A DNA stretch of 64,000 nt from Lama glama. Taxonomy: Eukaryota. Positions 1 to 13,094 of the stretch are shown piece by piece. The number at the start of each line of letters is the position of its first letter. The stretch's first letter is position 1. Under the pieces are notes generated by a model. It did not search any database. It was not told the DNA's origin and saw nothing but the letters and a program-made list of their open reading frames with translations. The DNA lies in contig CM052821.1 of the NCBI GenBank assembly GCA_028534125.1, positions 54,126,001-54,190,000 on the forward strand, in the 5' to 3' direction. Both the position numbers and the translations under genes were made by a program.

Positions 1-544
1 TTCCTTGAGGGAGGGGACGTGTACCCAGCGAGTATCTCCCAGTGCCTGTCAGTGAATGAGCGACCCCTTGTGCTGAGGACCAGGCAGACTGAGGGCAGGA
101 GAGCATCTGCCGGGAGTATTAATCCTACCTGAAGAAGTTTCTCCCCGTGGCGCAGGTGGGCCTATGTGTCTTCTCTGATCATCTCATTCCTGGTCTACAG
201 ATGAGGACTGGAAGGCCCAGAGAGGTGAAGGGCCTTGCTCTAAGTCACACAGCTTGTCCTCAGCAGAGCAGGGATTCAGGCCTGTGCATCCCTGTGCTGT
301 AGGAGCCAAAGGGAGAGATGGGGCCTCAGTCTCAGCACATGTACAAGGGTGGGGGTGGTCACACTGCACACTCCCCTCCAGCTCTGAGGACACCAGCACA
401 GAAGCCACGAGGCCTGAGCTGGGATCAGCTCCACCAAATGTCTGATCAGGCTGAACTCCCACCTGCCTGCTTCCTATTTGAACACAGGTGAACCATCCAG
501 TGGGGACACCAGGGTTCATCCGCCCCGCGTCCACAACAGCAGAA

Positions 545-1131
545 CATGGAAACAAAGTAAGTGTCTGTCGATGGATGAATGGATAAAGAAGATGTGATTA
601 CATATACAGTGGAATATCATTCAGTCCTGAAAAGTGAGGAAATCCTACCATTTTTGACAACGTGAATGGACCTTGAAGGCATTATGCTGAGTGAAATAAG
701 TCAGGCAGAGAAAGACAAATACCATATGATATCATTTACTATGTAGACCGAAACACACAAAACACACCAACCTCACAGAAAAGGAGTTTTGTGGGTACCA
801 GAGGCAGGGGCTGGGGGGAGGAGGAACTGGAGGACGCTGGTCAGAAGGTACAGACTTCAGCTCCGAGATGAATGAGTACGAGGGATGTGCCGTACGGCGT
901 GCCTGCAGCTGACCCTGCTGCACCATCTGCAGGGAAGCTGCCGAGCGCAGCTTCTAAGAGTTCTCATCACAAGGACATTTTTTTTTCTTTTTACTGTATC
1001 TATATTGAGATGATGGATGTTAACCTATTGTGATGAACGCTTCACAAGGTATGTAAATCAGCCCTTCATGCTCTACACCTCACACTCAGGGATGTACTTT
1101 AGCTATTTCTCAATAAAACTGGAGAAAAAAA
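545..1131 (+). mobile_element. L1 3' end fragment (L1MA-like)
   Basis: Canonical L1 3' motifs: gatgaatggataaagaagatgtg, gcattatgctgagtgaaataagtcag, and a terminal ctcaataaaactgg + A tail. Confidence 0.85.
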
Positions 1132-2798
1132 GGTTTGTCTGCTACACACTGTATTTTGGGTTTTTCCTGGTTGTACTGGAACTGTCTACATCGTTGGGTT
1201 TAAAACAGGTCTTGGTCCCCCCGAGGGCCGTCCCTGCCCCTCCCTCTGTGTGGCCCACTGGGGACACCTCCAGCGGCTGCAGTGGCCCTGAGCAGAGGGC
1301 ACTGGTTTGTAGAACCCCCGGCACTCAGGCTGTCAGAGTCGCCGGCAGCCTTCCGGGCGGGATGACGTCAGAGGCCCCAGACCCTGCTTGCTCTGAGCCA
1401 GCCTCAGAGCTGTCTGGCCCCAGCCTGTGTCCTCCTAGTGCTGGGCTCCTGTCCTGTGTCCTGGGCATCTGGGGAGCCCCCAGGCTTTGCTGGTCTGAGC
1501 GGTATGGCCTACAGGCTTCTCTTCACCCATCCCCTCCCAGTGCCCTCTTCCTCACCACTCTTGCACCCCCCCACCTCTCTTCCTTGTCTGTCTTTGCCGT
1601 TCCTTCTAGCCCACCCCTCACAGCTAATCTCAGCCAGAATCATTCTCTTGTACGACTTGAAAAGTGATGATTGTTTCATTTCTTTTCTATTCTGCTACAA
1701 AGCCTTCTTTTTTCCCCCTTTCATCCTTTTTTCTTTTTATAATACACAATCCTCCAGCTCCAACCAACCACAGCCAGGCACAGGGGGTCCAGACTGGGCC
1801 TGAGTGGGCTCCCCCAAGAGGAGTTCAGTTTGGAGCCCAAGGCAAACCCGCCGTCTGTCCCCTCCCCTGGCCTCAGCCTCTGGAAAAGCGGCTTGGCACC
1901 TGCTCCCTCGCCCCCAGGAAGGTGTCTTGTACTCATACAATTCAGAGCAACCCTAAAGCGGCCTCGGAGTTCTGTTGCCAGGAAAAAAAAAAACTGAAAT
2001 AAAAATGATGTCTCCCTGAAGAGCACACCACTGCGAACACCAGAATTAACAACGACATTAAATCAAATCTCATGCATTATGCAGAGAGGTTTACAGTGCA
2101 AAGCACATTTGTGAAATAGATGTTTCAAATTTTCTGACTCCGAGTGGTGGCCCCAAGACGTTCTCCTGTGGCTGCTTTGATAACAGTCTCCCTTTCACAA
2201 ACGATAATTGTGGAATCCTAGCTTGAGCACGGCGTGGCCCTGTCACCTTCCCTGGGATCAAAGCGAGAGAGCGATTACAGTGATAATGTTTTGGAAGCAC
2301 ACACGGCGCATATCAGCCTAAAACAGTGAAACGTGATGTAGAAATGAGGGCTCTAGGGTGTCTCTCCTGACAGGACGTGTGAAATAAATTGTCCAAACAG
2401 TCACTTTTGCAGAAATGGCCGAGATTTTAAGTGACTCCAGAGATTAGGCAGGCTGCCCAGAACTTGTAGCCTGGCGTCCACCAGGAACGAATGGATCCTG
2501 CCCAGAACAGGAAAGTCTGTAAGCAAAGCAAGTGACTGGTCTACCCTGAAGAGAGCCAGGCTGCTGTCATCGGGGAGCCGGGACTGGGCACCCCACTTCT
2601 GGTACAGCTGAGACTCCCGGCTGTGTGACCCTAGGCAAGTCATTTTGTACACTGGGAAGAGTCCAAAGTCAGAAGACTCAGCGTGTGTCTCTGCCCCCCA
2701 CCGGAGGGACGCCTGGGGTAAGTTCTCCTAGCGTTTTCTCCTTTGTAAAATGAGAACAATGCTGCCGTCCCCTGTGTGCTTTTAAGCACCTGCTTTAT

Positions 2799-2956
2799 TT
2801 TTTTTTTAATTTTTAAAATTTATTTTATTTTGTGTTGGTGGGGAGGTAATTAGGTTTTTAAAATTTATTTATCTTTAATGGAGGTACTGGGGATTGAACC
2901 CAGGACCTTGTGCATGCTAGGCACACAGTCTACCACTGAGCTAGACCCTTCCCCCC
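2799..2956 (-). mobile_element. tRNA-Ala-derived camelid SINE (Vic-1-like) with target-site duplication
   Basis: Reverse complement of a tRNA-like head with A/B boxes plus an AT-rich tail. Exact 18-bp TSD tttaagcacctgctttat at 2781-2798 and 2957-2974. Confidence 0.88.
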
Positions 2957-4821
2957 TTTAAGCACCTGCTTTATGCCAGGCAGTGTCAGTCTCACGAAGA
3001 CAGAGTTGAGTCGGATACATTTCCTGCCTTCAAGGGGCTTGCAGAAGAGTTGGTGAGAAAATAAATAAACACAGGAAATAAGTCTTTCTAGAGCTAAGGC
3101 TGTATGCAAAGGACACAGGCAGGTGCGGGAAGGAGACAGGAGACAGAAGAGGATCCCGGGAACCTCCTAGTTTTCTGGCTTGAGCTGTGTGGGCCTCTGA
3201 GGGTAGTGTTCTCCCCTGAGATGGACTGGGTTTAAGAGGCAGAGAGAGCCTTGCTATTGGTTTGATAACAAAAAGCTTTAGTGTTTTAAGACAAATAATT
3301 GCTCAGAGGGGAAAAAATATTCAATGACAGAAAGTGCAAACAAGACAGTGAGCATTGTTCAAATTTTTACCACCCGTAGATAGCCATTGTTACTGTTTTG
3401 AGGAATGGGCACTTTCATATGCTGCTGGATGAGCGGTAAATTGGTTCAGTCACTTTGGAAAGCAATTTAGCAAGCTGTAAGGTTAAGGCTGATCCAGCAA
3501 TTGTAAGTCTAGGGAAAGAACCCAAGAGGTAGGTCCAGAGCGTTACTGCAGCATTGCTGGCAGAGCAGATAATTAGATGCAGCCGGAGTGTCCAACAGTA
3601 TAAGAAATGGCAGGTGAATCAAAGTTACATCCATGCGATTGCATAGTGTCCTTCAGTTCACATGATAAACTGGGTCAGTATGTTTCAACATGGGTAGATC
3701 TCCGAATACAATACTAAGAGGGAGAAAAGTTCAGAATGATCAACACAGGTACCGTCACTTGTGTAAAGGTTTAATACTCCCCAGTCCTATGTACAGCTTA
3801 TGAGTTGAAAATATTACCCTTTTTGAACAATATACAGAAAGAATTTTTAAAAAGTGAATAGGAAGGAGACACACCAAATTCCTCATGGAGGAGAGGAACA
3901 AGAGTCTTTAATAGCTTCTATCTATCTAAATTTTTCCAAGTATTCTTAGTATAGCTAAGTGTTCTGCCTCCAGTATGGCTGAATGACTCTGTTGGGACTT
4001 GACTTTTCCATAGACAGCATCTAAAAACTTTAGACAAAATACAAAGGAACACAAGTAAACAAACAAACAGAAAATCAACAGTGACTTGAAGGCACTGGAG
4101 TATGAACCAGGACAGATCCCAGAGGGACATCCACACTTGGCAAAGTGAATGACATGGGATGATCTTCCATTATGTGGCTTTTAACCAGAGCCCTCAAAGT
4201 TGGCAATTCCGATAGAATGGCTATATCTCCAATAGAAAATCACAGTCTTTTTGGCTTGAAAAACAGAGGACAGAGTTTGGGACAATCACAGTCCCTAGAA
4301 GGTGGGTAGGGAATTCCAGACAGGAGAGAGCCAGACAGGGAGATCCTGCATTTTGTGCATAAACTGCTCAAACTTTTGCCTGATCCCTGAGCCACACTTG
4401 TGCAGGACAGACACCAGCTAATGGTAAAAGAACTGAACTGAAGTTTGAGCTACCAATGTACAGAGTTTGCAGTTTGAGTCCATCCAAGTTCAATGCCTGC
4501 TAAAGCAAACAAAACCCAGCACTCTTCAGAGGAATATGACAGAACCCAAGGTCTCTACAACATAATATTCACAACATCCAGGATACAATTAAAAATTATT
4601 AATCATACGAAGAAACAAGAAAATGCAACTCACTCTAAAACAATCAGTGGAGACCAACCTTAAAGTGATGTGGGTGTTGGAAACAGCAATCAAGGATGTT
4701 ACAGTAGCTATTATACACATCTTCGAGTACATAAAGGAAAATGTGCTTAAAGTAAATGCAAAGATAGGAAATCTCAGTAAAAAATTAAAACATAGCTATT
4801 AAAAACACAGGGAAATTATTG

Positions 4822-4906
4822 AGGGGGAAGGTAATAGCTCAGTGCTTCATGAACGAGGTCCTGGGTTCTATCCCCAGTACCTCCATAGAAAATTAATTAA
4901 TTATTT
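4822..4906 (+). mobile_element. Internally deleted Vic-1-like SINE inside L1
   Basis: ggggaaggtaatagctcagtg...gaggtcctgggttctatccccagtacctcc, flanked by similar aaaaaca..ggaaatt repeats. Confidence 0.7.
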
Positions 4907-7019
4907 TAAAAAACATGGAAATTCTATAAGAGCAAAAACAATACCTGAATTTTTTTTTAAAGAAAAGACAAAAAAGAAACCCACTGGTTGTGGTTAGCAG
5001 AAGAATGGAGATGATAGTAAAGAGTTGGTGACCTTGAATCTACACTGATGGAAATTACCTAATCTGAAGAACAAAGAGTAAAAGCATTGGGAAAATATGA
5101 ACAGAGCCTTAGAGACTTGTGAGACAATATCAGAATGTCTCACCCATATTTGGAGCTCCAGAGGCAGAGAAGAGAGAAAATAGGATACAAAAAATTTTTG
5201 AAAATTAATAGCCAAAAATATCCCCGATTTGATGAAAGACATAAATTGTCAGATTCAATAATCTCAAGAAACCCCAAGATGGATGCAAATCAAAGAAAAA
5301 TACACCTAAACACACTATATAGGCTTTTGAAAGCAAAAGAGAAAGAGAAAAACTTAAAGCATCCAGAGAACAAGGAAACATTGCACACAGAAGACCAAAG
5401 ATGGAAGTCAGCCGACTTAGCAGCAGAAGCTATGATGGCCAAAAGACAGTAGAACATAATCTTGTTTCAATACAATAAAGGAACAGTAAAGGGCCAAGGG
5501 AGGAGGGAAAATTCCAGAATTCGATGTCAGCCAAAAATACTCTTCAAGAATGAAGATTAAAAAAACTTTTTGTAAAAGAAAACCAAGGAATTTTTTTCCA
5601 CTGGCAGATCTGAATTACAAAAAAAAAAAAAATGCCAAAGGAATTTCTTCAAGGTAGTGGAAATGACAACAGATTGAAACTTGGATATTTAGGAAGTAAT
5701 GGAGACTATTGGAAATGATAGATATCTGGACTATATAGACCAGTACTTTCCCCTCTTAATTTAAAAGATATAAACAGGATTGTGTGAGGAAAAAATGTAT
5801 AATATTGTCTGACAGGATTTATAATATATGTAGGTGTAATGCTTATGACAACTGCAGCACTAAGTACAGCAGAAAGGGGCTTGTTTCAAGGTTTCTACCT
5901 TCTATGTTAAGTGGTACAATATTAGTACTAAGTGAACTGAAAAGGTAAGGATGTATACTGTAATCCCTAGAGCAGCTACTAAAAATAATGCAAAAAGACA
6001 GAGCCTTGAAAATAAAGTAAAAGTGACTTCTAAACAAATATTCAGAAAATTTAAGTAAGGCAAGAAATGATAAACAGGAGGGAAAAAACCAGAGGGGGCA
6101 AAAAAATAATAAAATGGTAAACCTAAATTAAACTCCATCAATAATTATCTTCAATGTTCAGGTACTAAATGCTACAGTTAAGAGGCAGATATTGTCAAAA
6201 TGGACATAAAAGCAAGACATAGCTACACACACTTTAAGTATAAAGATAGGTCGAAGGTAAAGGGATGCAAAAATATACACACACATAGTGATCATCAGAA
6301 GTCTGGGGTGTTTATATTAATAATAGATAAACTAGACTTTTAAGGCAAAGAGTATTACTAGACGTAGACGGCCTCTTGATAATGATAAAATGGTCAGTTT
6401 ATTCAGAAGACATACGTATCATAAATATGAATGCGCCTAATAACAGAAATTTCAATATATGAAGTAAAAAACCCACAACAGATTTAAATAATTTCTATAA
6501 TTGTAGTTGGAGATTATAGCACCGTATCTTGGCAACCGAAAGATCAACTAGACAAAAAGTTGGTAAAAGTCATAGATAATCTGAACAACGCTACCACCAC
6601 CTTGACCTAATTGACATTTGGGTGCCACACCCAACAACAGAAGATACAATCACCAATATAGACCAGATTCTGGGACATAAAACAAGTCCTAGTAAATTTA
6701 AAAGAATTGAAATCATGTGAAGACTACAATGGAATCAAATTAGTCATAAAAAAATCACATCTAGGAAAAACTCAAATATGTGAAAAAATTTGTAAAGAAA
6801 GAAAAAGGAGTGACATTTCTAAAGAATCCAGGTGTCAAAGAAGAAATCATAGCAGAAGAGAGAAAATAATTTGAACTGAACACTAGTGCAAAATATCAAC
6901 ATTTGGGAAACAGTCAAAGCAGTGCCTGGAGGGAAGTCTAAATGCTTATAAAATAAATAAAATTAAAAAGAACAGCCTGAAATCAATGACTAATGTTCTA
7001 CCTTAAGAAACTGTATATA

Positions 7020-7647
7020 CAGGCACACCTCANNNNNNNNNNNNNNNNNNNNNNNNNNNNNNNNNNNNNNNNNNNNNNNNNNNNNNNNNNNNNNNNNNNN
7101 NNNNNNNNNNNNNNNNNNNNNNNNNNNNNNNNNNNNNNNNNNNNNNNNNNNNNNNNNNNNNNNNNNAGCATTATGGCTAATGAAACAAGGCACATACCTT
7201 AATTAAAAAATACTTTGTTGGGGGAGAGTATAGCTCAAGTGGTAGAGTGTATGCTTAGCATGCATGAGGTCCTGGGTTCAATCCCCAGGGCCTCCTCTAA
7301 AAAGATAAACAAGTAAACCTAATTACCTCCCCCACAAAATAAATAAAATTAAAGACATACTTTGTTGCTAAAAAGTGTTAACCATCATCTGAGCNNNNNN
7401 NNNNNNNNNNNNNNNNNNNNNNNNNNNNNNNNNNNNNNNNNNNNNNNNNNNNNNNNNNNNNNNNNNNNNNNNNNNNNNNNNNNNNNNNNNNNNNNNNNNN
7501 NNNNNNNNNNNNNNNNNNNNNNNNNNNNNNNNNNNNNNNNNNNNNNNNNNNNNNNNNNNNNNNNNNNNNNNNNNNNNNNNNNNNNNNNNNNNNNNNNNNN
7601 NNNNAGAAATGCAATAAAGGGAAGCATAATAAAACGAGGTCTGCCTG
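7020..7647 (-). mobile_element. Tigger1-derived non-autonomous DNA transposon (TcMar-Tigger), partly in N gaps
   Basis: Terminal inverted repeats caggcacacctc (7020) and gaggtctgcctg (ends 7647), each flanked by TA. The right end's reverse complement (CAGGCAGACCTCGTTTTATT...) matches the recalled Tigger1 5' terminus. Confidence 0.8.
7220..7351 (+). mobile_element. Vic-1-like SINE inserted in the Tigger1 element
   Basis: tRNA-Ala(AGC)-like head (gggggagagtatagctcaagtggtagag...gggttcaatcccc) followed by the aagtaaacctaattacctcc tail. TSD core atactttgtt on both sides. Confidence 0.88.
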
Positions 7648-8793
7648 TATATATATTTGACCCCCGCTGGCCACAGCTGATTGTCCAGGCATGGGGTTCT
7701 CACCCTACTGGGCCAATTTGATATATGTATCAAAATAAACCCAAATCAGTAGAAGGAAAGAAATGATAAAGAATGAAATAATAACAAAACCAGACAACAA
7801 TAGAGAAAATGAACAAAGCCAAAGGTTAGTTCTTTGAAAAGGTAAATAAAATTCATAAGCCAGATATATTAAGAAACCACAAATTAAGAATGAGAAAGCA
7901 AGAATCACTTTAGGGTCTACAGAAGGTAAAATGATAATAAAAATATTATGGGCAATTTTATGTCAAAAATTCAATATAGACGAGATAACAAACTCCTTGA
8001 ATAATTCAACTTAACTGAAAATGACACAAAATTAAATATATCTGAATAATCTTACATATTTAATACACTGAAATTTTTAAAAATCTTCCCACAATAAAAC
8101 TCCTGGCCCAGATGGCTTCCCTAGTGAATTCTAACAAATATAAAGATGCTGTTTCAGAAGCAGAATAATTTCAACTTGTTTAACACCATAATTTGACAGA
8201 CATTGCAAAGAAAAAAATCCGTAGGTCAATATCCCTCACAAAGATATGTTCAAAAATACTTAACAAATAATAGCAAATCAAGGAAAGCAATATAAAACAG
8301 ATACATCATGACCATGTAGAGTTTATCTCAAGAATTCAAGATTGGCTAAACATTTGAAAATATTAATATAACTCACTGTATGTACAGAACAAAGGAGAAA
8401 ATCCACTTGTTTTTTAAATAGATACAGTATAAACTCTTGGCAAAATTTAGTGACCATTCATGATTTTTTAAAAAATCTAAGCAAACTAAGAATAGAAGAG
8501 AATTTCCTCTATCTACAAAATAACATATTTAATGGTCAAACTATTGAAAATTCCTCCCTAAAATCAGAAACAAGACAAGGATGCTTAGCCTCATCACTTC
8601 CTTTCAAATTATACTGGAAGTCCTGGCTATCGCAATAAGGCAAGAAAAATAATAGGCATCAAGTTTGAAAAAAGAGAAGTAAAACTGTGTCTAATTTGCA
8701 GATCATGTAACTGTTTATGTAGAAAGCCAAGAGGGATCCTCTCAGCAGCTACTATAACTAATAGGTGATATAACATGGTTTCAGGATATAAGG

Positions 8794-9150
8794 TGTGTCA
8801 ATCAGGGTTCAATCAGAAAACAGAAACCACACAATAATTCGAAAAGGAAGAGTTTTAGATTGTTTTATATAAACAATCACTCAGTGGGGAATAGCTATGA
8901 AAGTATAAAGCGATCTCTAATCACCTGACCACCCTAGGACTGCAGGACAGTACCCAAGGAAGGGACACCTGGAAGGAAAACTCCCCTCCCAAGGCTGGGA
9001 TTCAGACCCCTTTGCTGAAAATGTGGTTGCAGCCTTCTGGCTGGTGACGTTTGCTGGGTTGCCTGGACAGAGCTGATCCACAGTCGCTGGACATGCAGGT
9101 AACACTCCTGTAGGTGGCAGGTAAGCTGAAGTTGGTAGGGAGTCATACAG
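8794..9150. mobile_element. Ancient LTR remnant (ERVL/Gypsy-like; family uncertain)
   Basis: The L1 stops abruptly at tgtgtcaatcagggttcaatcagaaaacagaaaccac, which resembles an old LTR terminus. Confidence 0.45.
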
Positions 9151-9774
9151 AGGGAATTGGGGTGTTAAATAATTGTAAAAGTTTAAAAACAATGAAAGAA
9201 ATGGCTCCCAAGTAGCCCTGGTTCACACGACCTTGAGTGCCGGATGCTTCTTTCCCGACGGTGCCAGCTGAATTCCTGGGAGCTCTCTCACTACACGGCT
9301 TGGGGCGTGTGGCCCTTCCGCTAACAGAACAACATAGCTGGGGTGGGTCTAGCAATCTGAGCTTGAACCAGCCCCTCTGGTGGCTCTGATTCTCACTTGA
9401 GTTTGAGAATGGCTCCCCTTGAGTGACATTAAAGGCCTGCCTTATACCCAAGGTTTGGATAATTTTTCTTGATCCCCCAGAAAGGCTGGTCCAACTATGG
9501 TTTTGTAGTATTTGCCCAGATTCATTTACATCAGTGCAGGAAAAAGTGTTAATTAACACACAGAAGCCTCCTTGTGAAATTGTTGCAGTTTAGAGCCATA
9601 CATTTTTGGCCAACTGCTAGAGCCAAAGAATTATCTTCTGTCTGGAAATTCGGTAAGAAATCTAGGGTTGTGCTTTCACACCGAGCAACTTTTCGCTAGT
9701 GCCGGACATGTTTACTTTGGAACCACCCTCCTTGAATTCGATGTCATTTGCACACACATACACACACACACGGA

Positions 9775-9975
9775 GCAGTCTGCTTGTAAACATTTAACCA
9801 CTGGCTCTCGGAAAGCAGAGCCCTGATTTGTGGCATCTGCCAGTTTCCGTGGTGTGAATGATCCCACCGTGGCCGATTTTAAGCTATATGCATGAAATCA
9901 CTGGATGTGGATTTGGAAGAGGTGCATGCAGTGACTCTCTGGGGCTGGTGTGAGCCTCTCTGGCGTCAGCGCCTC
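9775..9975. mobile_element. hAT-Tip100-type DNA transposon remnant (Arthur1/ORSL-like)
   Basis: gtaaacatttaaccactggctctc...tttccgtggtgtgaatgatcccaccgtggccgatttt matches the recalled family consensus. Confidence 0.55.
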
Positions 9976-11267
9976 CCTTCCAGTGGTGGCCGGGTCCGGC
10001 CGGGCCGTCCCTCCGCTTCCGGGCAGCGCCTCTGCCTCCAGGGCCCCACCCGTGGAGGCCGTGGGAACAGCGCCGCCTCCTGACTTAACCCGGATGTGGG
10101 AGGGGCTGGGGGTAGACGCGCAGCTGCGCATGTCCTCCTGGAGCCAGCCTTCCCTGGCCTGGATTTCTTACTCTGCAGGGACCTGCCTGCTGCTGCTGGA
10201 ACGAGGCCTCTGCCACCTGAGGACAAGATGGGACATGTTCAGAGTGGCACTGCCCTGCAGGTGGGTTGGCGTCCTGGGGTTCTGTTTGGAAACCAGGGAT
10301 CCTTGAGGGTAGGTGCTGGGGGCTCGCCCTGCGGAAGATGACCAGGGGAAGCGGCAGCATCCGCGGCCAGCACCCAGCTCTGTGTGCCCCGATGCGGGGT
10401 CCTCCCAGGGGTCTTGTCTGGAGGACCAAGCAGGTAGGGGTGGGGGCTGGGGGCGGGGTGAGCGGCAGCTGCCTAAGGCAGGACAGCTGAGGATGGTGCG
10501 GATGGTTTGGCCTGCCAGATGGTCTCGCGCGCTCAGATTGCAGCCAGCTCTCAGACTTCTCCCGGGATGCACCCCAAGCCACGCTCAGAAATGCTGCTCA
10601 GAGGAGGGAAGGACACCAAGGTTAGGGCTAAACCACCCAGCAGCATTACCGGAAACTGTAGGCACTGTTCTCGGGGAGCCGTAGGGGAGCTTGAGAGGTG
10701 GACTGGGGGCAAAGCAGAGTCTAGGGAACACCGCAGTGCACCATGGGACTTGCAGTCTGGGCTGAAAGGCGGGGGGGGGGGGGGGGGGTTGGGCAGCGTG
10801 TGGTTAGTAGCGCTTAGCTCGCCTCTGCTCCCTCATCTGCTCCTCACGCCACTGTCATGGGGCCACCCAGGCCCAGGTGGCCACCTGCAGCCCCAGGCTG
10901 GCAAGGTCACCAGGTTAGGAGTGTGCATGCATGCGGCCTGGTGGCGTGGCCTCCAGCCATCCGCACGTGCCCCACGACGTGATTATTGTCCGGTGGGCAG
11001 AGATAGAGTGGCCAGAAACACAGGCACAGGGCCACAGCCCGGGATGAAGTCACTGGCTGGCTGTGTGACCTGGATGTGTCCCTTTAGGTCCCTGTGTTTC
11101 AGGTCCGAGGCAAGAGCCAGGCTGGGTGGGTACACAGCAGGTCGTCAGGGAACCGGCTCTGCAGCCTGTGGGCTGTGGGGGCCAGATGAGGCAGACGGGG
11201 CAGCCCTGGGTGGTCCCGGGGTGCAGAAGCCACAGGGAAGCAGATTTCAGGTGACCTATGGAAAGGT

Positions 11268-11665
11268 GTCCTTAATGGGCTGAATTGTGTTCCCCTAGTA
11301 TTTGCGAGCATGACCTGATTTGGAAATAGGGTGACTGACTCTAAATGAGACCCCTGGGATGGATCCAGTGCAATACAACTGTGTTCTTATGAAAAAGGGA
11401 AATTTGGACACAGACACTCACACGGGGAGAAGGCCACGTAAGGTGGAGGCGGAGACGGGGTGGTGAGTCTCCAGGCCAGGGAATGGAAAACACTCATGGA
11501 GGGAAAATGATGAGGAAACACAGTGTGGAGACAGCCATCTTCGAGCCACAGTGTGCCTGAGGTTTACGGATGCTGGGAGAGAAGCCGGAAACAGATTCTC
11601 CCCCACAGCCTCAGGAGGATCCAGCCCTGCTGACACTTTAATCTCAAATTCCCTGCCTTTGTGAA
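11268..11665 (+). mobile_element. MLT1 (ERVL-MaLR) LTR remnant
   Basis: gggctgaattgtgttcccc, tgacctgatttggaaatagggt, and gattctcccccacagcctcaggaggatccagccctgctgacac are MLT1 hallmark motifs. Confidence 0.8.
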
Positions 11666-11749
11666 GTGGACAAAACCATAAAAAGGTGACTCATAGTAAG
11701 TTATGAAAACCTAAAGGAATCGAATGGAGCAAGGAAGGAGAGGAAATGC

Positions 11750-12500
11750 TGTCTTGCTGAGAGTGCCTGGGACAGCTGCACTGAGGGGACTGTGGTCAAG
11801 TTCCCAAGCAAGTGGGGGAGCCAGCAGGGAAGACGGCTGGAGAAGAACATGCAAATGCAAGCACAGCCTGTGCAAAGGCCCTGTGGCAGGAGCAGGCCTC
11901 ATGGGTTCCAGGAAGCACAAGGAGGCCACGTGGCTGGGAGAGAGCCATGAAAGTGAGAAGAGCAGGAAGGGAAGCTGAAGGGGCCAGATGTGCAGTGCCT
12001 ATGGCCTTGAGGACTTCAGCTTTTGCTAAGCAGGAGTGACAGCAGGATTTTAACAGAGGGGCTATCACACTGCCCACATGAATGGGGCTGCCTATGTTCA
12101 GGCAGTGGTGGCAGTAATCCAGGTGAGATCATGGCTGAGATCAAGGTGATGTTGGTGTGGGTGGTGAGATACAGGCACATCCTGTGAATGGTCCGAGGAT
12201 GCAGCTGACAGATTGCCGATGACCAGGCGGGAGGAGTGAAGGGTGACTGCAGAGGTGCTGGCCTGCGTATCAGGAAGGCTGACTCCCCCCGCAATGGGGA
12301 AGGTGCAGGAGGGGCTGCGGGAGACCAAGCCATCTGAGATACCTGCCGACATCAGTGGGGCTGGCCACGGGCAGCCGGATATACTCAGCGAGGGGGTCCC
12401 TGGCAGAGGTGCAGGCTGGAGATGGAGGTTGAGGAGCCACCAGCACAGAGACAGAAAGCCCAGAGGCTGGACCAGGCCAGCAAGAATTCAGGAGAGAGAG
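11750..12500 (-). mobile_element. L2 LINE remnant
   Basis: cagcctgtgcaaaggccctgtggcagg, ggattttaacagagg and gtaatccaggtgagatcatgg are typical antisense L2 motifs. Confidence 0.65.
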
Positions 12501-13094
12501 GTGGGCCCCCCGGCACTCAGCGATTAGGCAGAAGAGAAACTGGAGGGGTCCATCTCCGTGACCCTGGGCCAGTTGGGGACAGGACGGTGCTGTGGCAGAC
12601 CCCTGTGGCGGGGCTCCACTTTATAGTCTGTCCCATTCCCTGGCCACAGCTGACTGTCCAGCAGTGGGGGCCTCGCCCAGCTGGGCCGACCAGAGGCCTC
12701 TGTACGTCTGGAGCAGGGGTGCAGGGAGGCTGGCTTCCCAGTCTGGCTAAGCCCCGGGGCAGTTTTGGCTAACCTCGCTGCCAGGCTGCCTGGGAGGCAG
12801 AGAAGGCGAGGATGTTGATGCTGAGAGGGAGGGAGGGAGGGAGGGTGTGGACATGGCACCTGGCCTGGGTTTCTGTTACTTGTGACCATCAATCCTGGTC
12901 CTAACAGGTGCACATGCCACCTCCTAAGGGGACCAGTGCATGGAAGGCGCCTGAGAGCCTACCCCACCTCCCTCCCTCTGTCAGGGTGGGGCGAGGGCAG
13001 AACGCTGATTTTCAGCCTCTCCGATTTCCACCTCCCTGCCCCATGTGCTCCCAGAGGTTTTTCCGACGAAGGCAAGGAAACAAACCGCAGGACT

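Larger units (their letters stand above)
3300..8790 (+). mobile_element. Old degenerate L1 sequence (3' fragment, then 5' region, ORF1 remnant ~5000-5700, ORF2 EN/RT remnant ~6100-8790), interrupted by younger insertions
   Basis: Strong A-rich + strand skew. ORF 5135..5452 resembles L1 ORF1p. ORF2-type motifs include ggcccagatggcttccctagtgaattc and gaaacaagacaaggatgc. Many stops and frameshifts. Boundaries are approximate. Confidence 0.8.

Noticed and set aside
5135-5452. 105-aa Lys-rich ORF
   Set aside because: A decayed L1 ORF1 fragment, not a host gene.
7220-7295. tRNA-Ala(AGC) gene
   Set aside because: The tRNA-like head continues into a SINE tail and is flanked by a TSD, and four related copies occur in the window. 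It is a SINE.
10771-10788. Poly-G run (also ~13793, ~36181, ~47258) as a functional G-quadruplex
   Set aside because: Simple homopolymers are common at this GC content and prone to length error. There is no supporting context.
1-13000. 3' exons of a neighbouring gene such as ARHGAP8
   Set aside because: No RhoGAP-like peptide or convincing exon was recognised, and the region is mostly repeats.
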